DNA of 51,245 bases from contig JAQWCN010000001.1 in assembly GCA_028705955.1 (NCBI GenBank), positions 5,247-56,491 of the forward strand, given 5' to 3'. Made by a program: the position numbers and the translations under genes. Below are positions 17,234 to 24,212 of the stretch, one piece after another. Origin of the DNA: Eubacteriaceae bacterium (GTDB taxonomy: Bacteria > Bacillota > Clostridia > Eubacteriales > Eubacteriaceae). Numbering within the stretch: the stretch's first letter is position 1; every line of letters starts with the position of its first letter. The notes below the pieces were generated by a model that saw only the letters and a program-made list of their open reading frames with translations, ran no database searches and had not been told where the DNA came from.

Positions 17234-18493
17234 ATGGAAAAAGAAATACAGGATTTGGAATGGGAGCGGCACAATATGGAAATGAATGACAAGAAAAATA
17301 CGGGGTTGACCGTTAAAACCCTCGGTGGATTTTCCATTCAGGGAATGGGTGGCCACTTAAAGGAAGACGGGATACGCTCGGAAATGCTCATCAAATTGAT
17401 GGCTTACATTTTCTGCCACCACACTCAGGAAATGACGGTCCAGGAGCTGACCGATGTCCTCTGGACAGAAGAAGGCAGTGATAATCCGGCGGGAGCACTC
17501 AAAAATTTAATGTACCGGTTGCGGCTGCTGCTTAAAAAAACCTGGGGCCCCCATGATTTTATTTTAACCGGTCAGGGCGCCTACAGCTGGAATAAGGAAA
17601 TCCCCCTTGACATTGACGCGGAGGATTTCGACAAAGGCTGTAAACAGGCATCCCGGGAGCAGGATACAAATCAGAAAATTGAAGATTTAAAACAAGCACT
17701 GAGTTATTATCAGGGCACCTTTCTTCCCAAATTTTCCAGTGAATATTGGATCATGGCGCTCAGTACCTATTACCAGGGGACCTATTTGAGCGCGGTCAAA
17801 ACACTGGCTGATCTGCTGGGAAAAGAACAGCGCTATAAAGAAATGGCCCGGTGGTGCACAGTCGCCCTGCAGTACGAGCCGCTGGATGAGGACATCCATA
17901 CCGATTTGATCAAAGCCCTCATCGGCCAGAATAAGCTTAAAATGGCTATGGATCATTATAAAGAGACGGAAGCCCTGCTTTATGAAAATTTGGGGGTAGC
18001 CCCCTCGGATGAATTGCGGCGGACTTACGAAGCCCTTTTGAAAGAAACCAACAGTCAGCAGATGGATTTAAAAGCCATCGAGGAAGAACTGACAGAGAAT
18101 AACGAGAGCGGTGCTTTCCTGTGTGATTTTGGGGTGTTTAAAAAAACGTATAATCTCGAAATGCGCCGGGCTGCCCGCCTGGGGCTTTCCGTATTTGTCG
18201 TTTTGATTACGGTGGGGCCGGCCGGAAAGATGACGGTAGCCAGCCCAAACTATCTCGAAGTGATTAATGATGGCATGGACCGGCTGGAACGTGTTTTACT
18301 GGGGTGTTTGCGTTCCGGGGATGTCATTTCCAGATACAGTGGTGCCCAGTTTATTATTTTGCTGCCGACGTGTCAGTACGAGACCACCAAAATGGTTATT
18401 CAGCGTATCGAAGACAATTTTTACGAAACTGGGGACAAGCAGATTCCCAAGGTTAAACTGCATTACAGTCTTGACGAAATGGACGAAAAATAA
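17234..18493 (+). CDS. SARP/BTAD-family transcriptional activator fused to a degenerate GGDEF domain (RxxD I-site retained)
   Basis: The N-terminus has an OmpR-like winged helix (LTVKTLGGFSIQ...). The BTAD region reads LSYYQGTFLP...ALQYEPLDEDIHTDLIKAL...AMDHYKETEALLYENLGVAPSDELRRTYEALL. The C-terminus reads RSGDVISRYSGAQFIILLP, where an active domain has RxxD-xxx-RxGG(D/E)EF. The start is uncertain (17234 or 17276). Confidence 0.75.
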   Translation: MEKEIQDLEWERHNMEMNDKKNTGLTVKTLGGFSIQGMGGHLKEDGIRSEMLIKLMAYIFCHHTQEMTVQELTDVLWTEEGSDNPAGALKNLMYRLRLLLKKTWGPHDFILTGQGAYSWNKEIPLDIDAEDFDKGCKQASREQDTNQKIEDLKQALSYYQGTFLPKFSSEYWIMALSTYYQGTYLSAVKTLADLLGKEQRYKEMARWCTVALQYEPLDEDIHTDLIKALIGQNKLKMAMDHYKETEALLYENLGVAPSDELRRTYEALLKETNSQQMDLKAIEEELTENNESGAFLCDFGVFKKTYNLEMRRAARLGLSVFVVLITVGPAGKMTVASPNYLEVINDGMDRLERVLLGCLRSGDVISRYSGAQFIILLPTCQYETTKMVIQRIEDNFYETGDKQIPKVKLHYSLDEMDEK

Positions 18494-18524
18494 GGAAAAG
18501 ATCCATATCATTCAGGAGGGCAAT

Positions 18525-18965
18525 ATGACATTTGCAGATAATTGTATCAGAGTGTGCGTCGATCAGGCGGACGATGACCATTTTACCGGAACGCTGTACG
18601 GGGTGGCATTGCAGCAACCGATTCCCTTTTGCAACCGGATGGATTTTGTGGTTAAGGTGGACAAGGCTTTTGACCGGATCGGCAAGCCCCAGTCCGGTCA
18701 GGTGATCCGGTCCTTTACCGGAAACGGCGCCGCCGGCAGTTCTTATTGCGGCAGCCCGAAACATTATCATACGTCAGAATCCCTGGTTGATAAATCCGGC
18801 AGTGCAGGGACGTTTGGTTTAACGATGCTGACCCGACGCCGGGCTGAGTGGCAGGGACGGCTGACAGATGGACAGGGACGGCTGTTGGGGTTCTTTGAAA
18901 CGGCCATGGAATGTGTCACCCTGATCACCCGGGCCACAAACGCTAAAAAAGAAGCAGAACGTTGA
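18525..18965 (+). CDS. Hypothetical 146-aa cytoplasmic protein, co-transcribed with the SARP regulator
   Basis: An ATG follows the strong SD AGGAGGG, 32 nt after the regulator's stop. There is no TM or signal peptide and I recognise no family. The longer ORF-track version (18267..) lies out of frame inside the regulator gene. Confidence 0.55.
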   Translation: MTFADNCIRVCVDQADDDHFTGTLYGVALQQPIPFCNRMDFVVKVDKAFDRIGKPQSGQVIRSFTGNGAAGSSYCGSPKHYHTSESLVDKSGSAGTFGLTMLTRRRAEWQGRLTDGQGRLLGFFETAMECVTLITRATNAKKEAER

Positions 18966-18969
18966 CAGC

Positions 18970-19016
18970 AGCCGGATCTAAAACCTGTAACGGGGAAGGA
19001 AATCCGGCTTTTTTTA
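18970..19016 (+). terminator. Intrinsic terminator after the regulator/orphan pair
   Basis: AGCCGGAT...ATCCGGCT stem followed by TTTTTTT. Confidence 0.65.
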
Positions 19017-19042
19017 TTTAAAAAAGGACTCAGAATAAGAGG

Positions 19043-19076
19043 GTGTGACTGGGATGTGACTGCCGCCTGTTATCAT
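19043..19076 (+). promoter_or_regulatory. Activator-type promoter of the adhesin gene: GTGTGAC-N4-ATGTGAC, then 10 nt, then TATCAT
   Basis: The repeats start at 19043 and 19054 (11-bp period). The -10 TATCAT lies at 19071-19076. The geometry is identical to 14661-14694. Confidence 0.65.
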
Positions 19077-19201
19077 ATCCAGTAAAGGTGACAAAGCATA
19101 TCATTCTGCCCGGATTTTGAAAAACAAAGATCGGAAACAAAAAAGCATCCGGCAGAAAAAACCAATAAACGCCAGGGCGCAATCCGTGAAAGGAGTCAAA
19201 C

Positions 19202-22200
19202 ATGAACGCAGCAATCTATCAAAAAAGAATCATTCAGATCATCGGAGGACTGATGATAGCTCTCGTGGCTATGATTGGTTTGACGAATCCTGTATGGGCC
19301 GAGGATACGGCTCCCCGCACGACGGTTCAGGAAAACGGGGCTGAGGTCGTTCGTTTTGACTACAAGAGCAGTGATGTAAATGTGCTGGTCACATTGACCA
19401 ATGCCAGCGATCTGCCGGACAACGCAGTGATGTCCGTGACACCGGTAAGCCTTGACAATCAGGAAAAGGGCAAGGTTGAAGAAAAAGCCAAGGAAGAAAG
19501 CAAAGATGTCAAAAGCACCAAGGCCTACGATATCAAATTTACGGTAGACGGCAAAGAAGTGGAACCCGGAGCGACCGTTAAAGTCGCCGTCACAACGCCC
19601 CAGGTACAGGCGGGGGAAAAAGCAGCGGTTTATCATGTGAGTGATGACAAAAATTCGGTGGACAACATGGATGCCAACACTTCGGATCAGGGTCAGGTTG
19701 ATTTTAATACCAATCATTTTTCCCGGTACGTCATTATCAATTACAGCCCCAATCCGGTTAACGTGACCATTCAGAGATATTATTACAGCGATGGTGACAG
19801 CACCAATACCGCAGACAGCAATTTACAGATGATTTATAAATCCTCCAAAACCATCAAAGCTCAGGAAGACGGCAAAACCTACCAGCTCAGCGGAGTGGAT
19901 TACAATCAGGATAACTACACGTTTGTCAAAGCCACAAAGACGACAACCGTGAATGGCGAACAGAAGACGGAGGATTTCAGCCCCAGTGATCTGGTGGTAA
20001 CAGGAGACACGACGATCTCGGTGTATTACACGAGGGCGGAAGCCACAAAAAGCGGGGATACCACCTTTTATGATTACAGCATTCAAAAAGGAATCAATCA
20101 GGCCGCCAACTACAGCAATTATACGAATAACCGGGAAGAAACAAGCGCCAAAAAAAATGCCCGGATTGCCATCCACAGTTCATGGACCGGGACCAATGTA
20201 TACAGTCCGTTAAATGGAACGGCTCAGAGCATCAACGGGTATGACGGTGGCCATGACCGGGATTTATATTCCATCAAGCAGGGCATCGTCGTCGGTACGG
20301 ACAGCAGCGGGGCCGTGGTCTACGGTAAAAACACAAGCGGCACAACCCTTTCTGATCCGGGACTCTTTACGACAGACACCAAAAGCGGTAAGACCATCAT
20401 GGATGATTACCAGCTGACCTTCAAGCAGACTGGTGACGATTATCATCTGAGCACCGTTAACTGTAAAGACACGACGCATAACACCCAGGTTCAAAACGCG
20501 GGCAGCAATTTCCTGCCACTCAATAACGACACCAGAAAATTAACAGAAAACAACAACAACAGCGGTACAGATTTCTATTTTGGCATGCGTTACGATGTCG
20601 ATTTTACCCTGGGCGATTACGTTGGTCCCCTGAACTATTCCTTCACCGGGGATGATGACTTGTGGGTTATCCTGGACGGCAAAACGGTTTTGGATATGGG
20701 CGGTATCCACGGCGCTGTTAAAGGCAGTGTCAATTTATGGACCGGTGACGCCACTTACACCGGCTATCAAAGTCATTCGACGGTTGAATCCGGAACTAAA
20801 ACCCTTTCGGGGGAAGACGGTTTGTACGATCTTTTGGGGATCACCGATCCGTCCCAGCTGACCGATGCGCAAAAGAGTCAGAAACACACCATTACCATTC
20901 TCTACATGGAACGGGGCGCCGGAGAATCCAACTGTAACATGAACTTTACCCTGCCCAATGCAAAAGTAACGGAAGTCACCCAGGTTCCAAAGGGAGACTT
21001 AACCTTTAATAAAGTGGGCAAGGTTGAAACAACCGATGCGGGAACGCCTCTAGCGGACGCGACCTTTACCATTGCCAAAAAAGATACACCGGATGCAATC
21101 ATTGCCACCGCGACATCGGACGACAGCGGGACAGTGACTTTCCCGAATCTGGAAGTGGGCGAGTACGTCGTTAAGGAAGAAACCGCTCCGACCGGTTACG
21201 CCTGTGCCAACCAGACCTTTTACGTTCAGGTCACATTGAACGAAGACGGCACAACGGCGACAGCAAAGATGTATTCGGACGAAAAATATACCCAGGAAGT
21301 GACCCAGGTGGACAACTATGAAATCAACAGCCATCTGCTTCAGCAAAAAACGGCCCACGTCACCGACTGGGATAACCGGATTTACCAAATCGATTTGTAC
21401 ACATCCCAGACCGTTCCGGTTCTGAAAGAAATTAGCGGAGCCACCATTGTGGATACCATCGATTCCCGGTTTGATGTGGTGGATAAAGACGGCAACCAGC
21501 TGGCCGACGGCACCGCAGTGGATGGCGGAACCCTTAAATACAACGAACCCGGGGAAGCCTATATCATCTGGGGAAGCCAGGTCATTCCAGGGAATAACGA
21601 TGTGACCCAGGGTTGGCACAAAACCCTTTACGTTAAAGCCAAAGCCGACTATATCGGCGGCAACAACGTGCCGACCAATGTCGAATCCAAATCCGGGATT
21701 ACGGTCAGCGGGATCACCAAAAACTTTGACAATCCAAAGGTCAATGTCAAGGCCCGGTTTGCGATGAGCAACGTGACCAAAACGGTTTTCCTCGGGGACA
21801 CCGTCGACAATCAGGATTCCCAAAATGCGATGCTGACCACGGCCGGAATCAAAGATATGATTGGCGGATCTTACCAAAGCATTACCGCAGCGGCGGATAA
21901 ACTCGCCACCCAGTGGTTTACAAAAGAAGCGATGGGCAGCGGGGATCAGACAACCGTGAATCAAATGCCGGCCAACCCGACGGAAGAAGAAACCGTCTGG
22001 TATCTCAAAGCCACCTACAATTTAGGACAGGCGACAGAAGAAAGTACAAAGAATACGACCATAAACAATAAAGGTTATATTTCCGGTGACGCGACAGCCA
22101 ATGGCGTGGACAGTTTTGTTACAGGCGCCAATGATGACCAAATGGTGCGCAACGGGGTCACGACGACGTCAGAACCCAGCGTTAAAGGAAAAGAATACGG

Positions 22201-22729
22201 AGTGTATACTGTCCATGTGGTCCGGGGACAACTGATGATTACCAAGACCATTGACAATCAGTACTCCACCATCCGCAAAATCAATGCAAATCAAACTTTT
22301 GTGTTTAAGGTCGAACGCTACGACATGGACGCAAAAGGGGAAAAAGTGGGGGATACCCCAACCGACACTTTCTACGAAACCATCAACTTTGACGCCAACG
22401 CCGGAACCACAACCAGCAGCAAACTGATTTCCAACTTGAAAGCCGGTTTTTACACCGTCACCGAAGAAACAAAGTGGTCGCCGAAATACGTGATCGATGG
22501 CAGCACACCGGTTTCCCAGAGCTACTCCATCGGCATTGTCCAATCGACAGATGACAAAGGCGTGCGTACTTTTAACGGTTTGGAAGACATGAACAAGAAT
22601 CTGAAAGCAACCAACAAGTATGGAAAAGTTGCGGAAGGCAAACATTGTACCACTACCTACATGAATAAACGGACCGACTGGAACTGGCTCTCAGATACAG
22701 CCGCGGCGGTGAATGAATTTGTAAAATAA
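19202..22729 (+). CDS. Large secreted adhesin: fibro-slime/PA14-like domain plus SpaA/Cna-B-type prealbumin-fold domains; no C-terminal anchor
   Basis: The Sec signal is ...TNPVWA/EDT. The fibro-slime/PA14 signature reads GTDFYFGMRYDVDFTL...FTGDDDLWVILDGKTVLDMGGIHG. A Cna-B/SpaA-like block reads LTFNKVGK...ATFTIAKK...GTVTFPNLEVGEYVVKEETAPTGY. The C-terminus has pilin-like beta domains (GQLMITKTI...FVFKVERYD...GFYTVTEE). SD AAAGGAG lies upstream. Confidence 0.8.
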   Translation: MNAAIYQKRIIQIIGGLMIALVAMIGLTNPVWAEDTAPRTTVQENGAEVVRFDYKSSDVNVLVTLTNASDLPDNAVMSVTPVSLDNQEKGKVEEKAKEESKDVKSTKAYDIKFTVDGKEVEPGATVKVAVTTPQVQAGEKAAVYHVSDDKNSVDNMDANTSDQGQVDFNTNHFSRYVIINYSPNPVNVTIQRYYYSDGDSTNTADSNLQMIYKSSKTIKAQEDGKTYQLSGVDYNQDNYTFVKATKTTTVNGEQKTEDFSPSDLVVTGDTTISVYYTRAEATKSGDTTFYDYSIQKGINQAANYSNYTNNREETSAKKNARIAIHSSWTGTNVYSPLNGTAQSINGYDGGHDRDLYSIKQGIVVGTDSSGAVVYGKNTSGTTLSDPGLFTTDTKSGKTIMDDYQLTFKQTGDDYHLSTVNCKDTTHNTQVQNAGSNFLPLNNDTRKLTENNNNSGTDFYFGMRYDVDFTLGDYVGPLNYSFTGDDDLWVILDGKTVLDMGGIHGAVKGSVNLWTGDATYTGYQSHSTVESGTKTLSGEDGLYDLLGITDPSQLTDAQKSQKHTITILYMERGAGESNCNMNFTLPNAKVTEVTQVPKGDLTFNKVGKVETTDAGTPLADATFTIAKKDTPDAIIATATSDDSGTVTFPNLEVGEYVVKEETAPTGYACANQTFYVQVTLNEDGTTATAKMYSDEKYTQEVTQVDNYEINSHLLQQKTAHVTDWDNRIYQIDLYTSQTVPVLKEISGATIVDTIDSRFDVVDKDGNQLADGTAVDGGTLKYNEPGEAYIIWGSQVIPGNNDVTQGWHKTLYVKAKADYIGGNNVPTNVESKSGITVSGITKNFDNPKVNVKARFAMSNVTKTVFLGDTVDNQDSQNAMLTTAGIKDMIGGSYQSITAAADKLATQWFTKEAMGSGDQTTVNQMPANPTEEETVWYLKATYNLGQATEESTKNTTINNKGYISGDATANGVDSFVTGANDDQMVRNGVTTTSEPSVKGKEYGVYTVHVVRGQLMITKTIDNQYSTIRKINANQTFVFKVERYDMDAKGEKVGDTPTDTFYETINFDANAGTTTSSKLISNLKAGFYTVTEETKWSPKYVIDGSTPVSQSYSIGIVQSTDDKGVRTFNGLEDMNKNLKATNKYGKVAEGKHCTTTYMNKRTDWNWLSDTAAAVNEFVK

Positions 22730-22747
22730 AAGCGTTTGAACAACAAG

Positions 22748-22787
22748 AGGCCAGGGAGGGACGACAGTCCAGCCCTGGCCTTTTTAA
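22748..22787 (+). terminator. Intrinsic terminator of the adhesin gene
   Basis: AGGCCAGGG...CCCTGGCCT hairpin followed by TTTTT. Confidence 0.75.
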
Positions 22788-22899
22788 TGGAGCAATGGGC
22801 GCTTTTTATAAGGAATCGGTGAGTGTAAAATGTCAGGATAGATACAATAAAAAATTGAAGAAGGAAATTTCTCCATGGTGCAGGGCTTTGAAAATACAA

Positions 22900-22955
22900 A
22901 GAACCCCTTGTCATCGACAGCCTCAACGGAAGCGGTCACGATGACAAGGGGTTCT
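22900..22955 (-). terminator. Long-stem hairpin / probable terminator of the micropeptide operon
   Basis: A perfect 17-bp stem (AGAACCCCTTGTCATCG / CGATGACAAGGGGTTCT) encloses a 22-nt loop. On the minus strand it is followed by TTGTATTTTC. It begins 17 nt after the stop of micropeptide 1. Confidence 0.55.
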
Positions 22956-22971
22956 GTTTATAAAAAATCAC

Positions 22972-23055
22972 TTATTTTTCAGCTTTTAAAGCATCCAATT
23001 CAGCCTTGAGTTCTGCGATCTGTTTTAATAATTCATCATAAGGGTTAAAGTTCAT
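22972..23055 (-). CDS. Micropeptide 1 (27 aa): MNFNPYDELLKQIAELKAELDALKAEK
   Basis: Found by manual translation because it is below the ORF-track size cutoff. SD AAAGGAGA lies 7 nt before the ATG and the stop is TAA. It is paralogous to the two ORFs upstream. Confidence 0.6.
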   Translation of the reverse strand: MNFNPYDELLKQIAELKAELDALKAEK

Positions 23056-23123
23056 GTTTATTTCTCCTTTGTTTTTATATTTTGATACGAATTAAATTCT
23101 TTTATGGAATCAGATAAGTTCAA

Positions 23124-23207
23124 TTATCTGGATGCTTTCATGGATTCAACTTCAGCTTTGAGTTCCTGAATTTGTTTTAAAATTTCATTCATTGCATTGT
23201 AGCCCAT
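23124..23207 (-). CDS. Micropeptide 2 (27 aa): MGYNAMNEILKQIQELKAEVESMKASR
   Basis: Found by manual translation. SD AAAGGAGA lies 7 nt before the ATG and the stop is TAA. It shares the xYNxxxElLkqIqELKaEl core with its neighbours. Confidence 0.6.
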   Translation of the reverse strand: MGYNAMNEILKQIQELKAEVESMKASR

Positions 23208-23284
23208 TGAGTTTTCTCCTTTCTGTTTTACTTTCATTATAAGAGTTATCCGATATCCGGATGGATTTACACGTTAAAAACGGT

Positions 23285-23365
23285 TCAGGCGTTTTTCAGT
23301 GAAGCAAGTTCAGATTTTAATTCCTGGATTTCCTGGAGCAATACTTCGTATGGATTGTAATTCAT
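23285..23365 (-). CDS. Micropeptide 3 (26 aa): MNYNPYEVLLQEIQELKSELASLKNA
   Basis: Found by manual translation. SD AAAGGAGA lies 7 nt before the ATG and the stop is TGA. It shares 15 of 26 residues with micropeptide 1, although many codons differ synonymously. Confidence 0.6.
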   Translation of the reverse strand: MNYNPYEVLLQEIQELKSELASLKNA

Positions 23366-23510
23366 AGTGCGTCTCCTTTCTTTCAATGGCGGATCCAATC
23401 GGATTCGCAATGTCTGTAGGAACAAGATAAAAACAAATGATTAAATATACAATAAATGTAATAATTTCAAGATCAGCAAGTTGTTTCATTTGTTTTCATC
23501 TATGTGTAAT

Positions 23511-23539
23511 ATTATACAACCCGTTTTTGAGTTAGTCAA
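23511..23539 (-). promoter_or_regulatory. Near-consensus SigA promoter driving the micropeptide array
   Basis: The minus strand reads TTGACT, a 17-nt spacer (aactcaaaaacgggttg), then TATAAT. The predicted TSS is near 23503, about 140 nt upstream of micropeptide 3. Confidence 0.7.
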
Positions 23540-23567
23540 GCTTTCCTATGTACTTTATTTAAAACAA

Positions 23568-24212
23568 TTATAATGTAGCGTATACAGGAATCGCAATGCG
23601 TTTCTGGGCCTTGATTTCAGAGGTGAAACGGTCATTGGTTTCCTCCTGAATGAAGTTAAGAAAGCCTTGGGTTTCAGAAATTGGTATCTCAAAGTCCAGG
23701 GTTACTTTTTCGGCAAAGCTTTCGTTGCAGGGGGAAACGTTTCGGTCAGTCAGTTTGTTTTTGAGATTGCCATATTGGGGATAATCGATGGTCAGACGCA
23801 CGCAATCGGCCAGGGTTTCCCTGACGACGGTGGCGGTATCAAGAACGGCAGATGCAGATCCGGAATAAGCCCGGATCAGACCGCCAGCCCCCAGTTTGAT
23901 GCCGCCAAAATAACGGATGACCAGCACGAGGACATCTTTGAGTTCCCGGCGCTCAAGGACTTCCAAAATGGGTTTGCCGGCGGTGCCGGAAGGTTCCCCG
24001 TCATCACTGGCTTTTTGCCGGGCGGGCGTGGTGGACAGAATGTATGCCCAGCAGATGTGGTTGGCTTTATAATGGGTTTTGCGCATGGTGGCAAGGAGGG
24101 TTTCAGCCTGTTCCTCACTGGTAATGGGATAGGCCTGTCCGATGAAACGGGACTTTTTGATACGCGCTTCAGATTCGGAAAAACCGGTAATGGTTAAATA
24201 GTCAGGCTTCAT
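23568..24212 (-). CDS. YigZ/IMPACT-family protein (UPF0029)
   Basis: Matches the family in ...KKSRFIGQAYPITSEEQAETLL...HKANHICWAYIL...DDGEPSGTAGKPIL...LVLVIRYFGGIKLGAGGLIRAY. The start is placed at MKPDYL (nt 24212), overlapping the hflX stop. Confidence 0.85.
   Translation of the reverse strand: MKPDYLTITGFSESEARIKKSRFIGQAYPITSEEQAETLLATMRKTHYKANHICWAYILSTTPARQKASDDGEPSGTAGKPILEVLERRELKDVLVLVIRYFGGIKLGAGGLIRAYSGSASAVLDTATVVRETLADCVRLTIDYPQYGNLKNKLTDRNVSPCNESFAEKVTLDFEIPISETQGFLNFIQEETNDRFTSEIKAQKRIAIPVYATL

Noticed and set aside
19083-19201. Possible c-di-GMP riboswitch in the adhesin leader of about 120 nt
   Set aside because: I looked for GEMM-I and GEMM-II consensus elements (the GCAAA...GGCAAACC and ACGCACAGGGCAAACC types) and found none. 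Only a weak CTGCCCGGAT/ATCCGGCAG hairpin is present. An Infernal scan would be decisive.
19117-19717. Small ORFs (75 aa on the plus strand, 173 aa on the minus strand) around the adhesin 5' UTR and start
   Set aside because: They lack an SD, overlap the predicted leader and the signal-peptide region of the adhesin gene, and have basic low-complexity sequences.
21050-21964. 304-aa minus-strand ORF inside the adhesin gene
   Set aside because: It is antisense to a gene with clear domain signatures. It has no SD or recognisable motifs, so it is a shadow ORF. The same reasoning applies to 3931-4830, 5504-6157, 6200-6847, 8618-9589, 16249-16986, 34142-35026 and 41368-42084.
22657-22926. 89-aa minus-strand ORF spanning the adhesin 3' end and its terminator
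   Set aside because: It overlaps the adhesin stop and runs through both terminator hairpins. It has no SD and a non-protein-like sequence, so it is probably spurious.
23310-23489. 59-codon minus-strand ORF in the micropeptide leader (MKQLADLEIITFIVYLIICFYLVPTD...)
   Set aside because: The ATG lies only about 14 nt after the predicted TSS and has no SD. The ORF runs out of frame across the SD and the first 56 nt of micropeptide 3, which has paralogue support. It is kept only as a caveat because the TM-like segment is suggestive.
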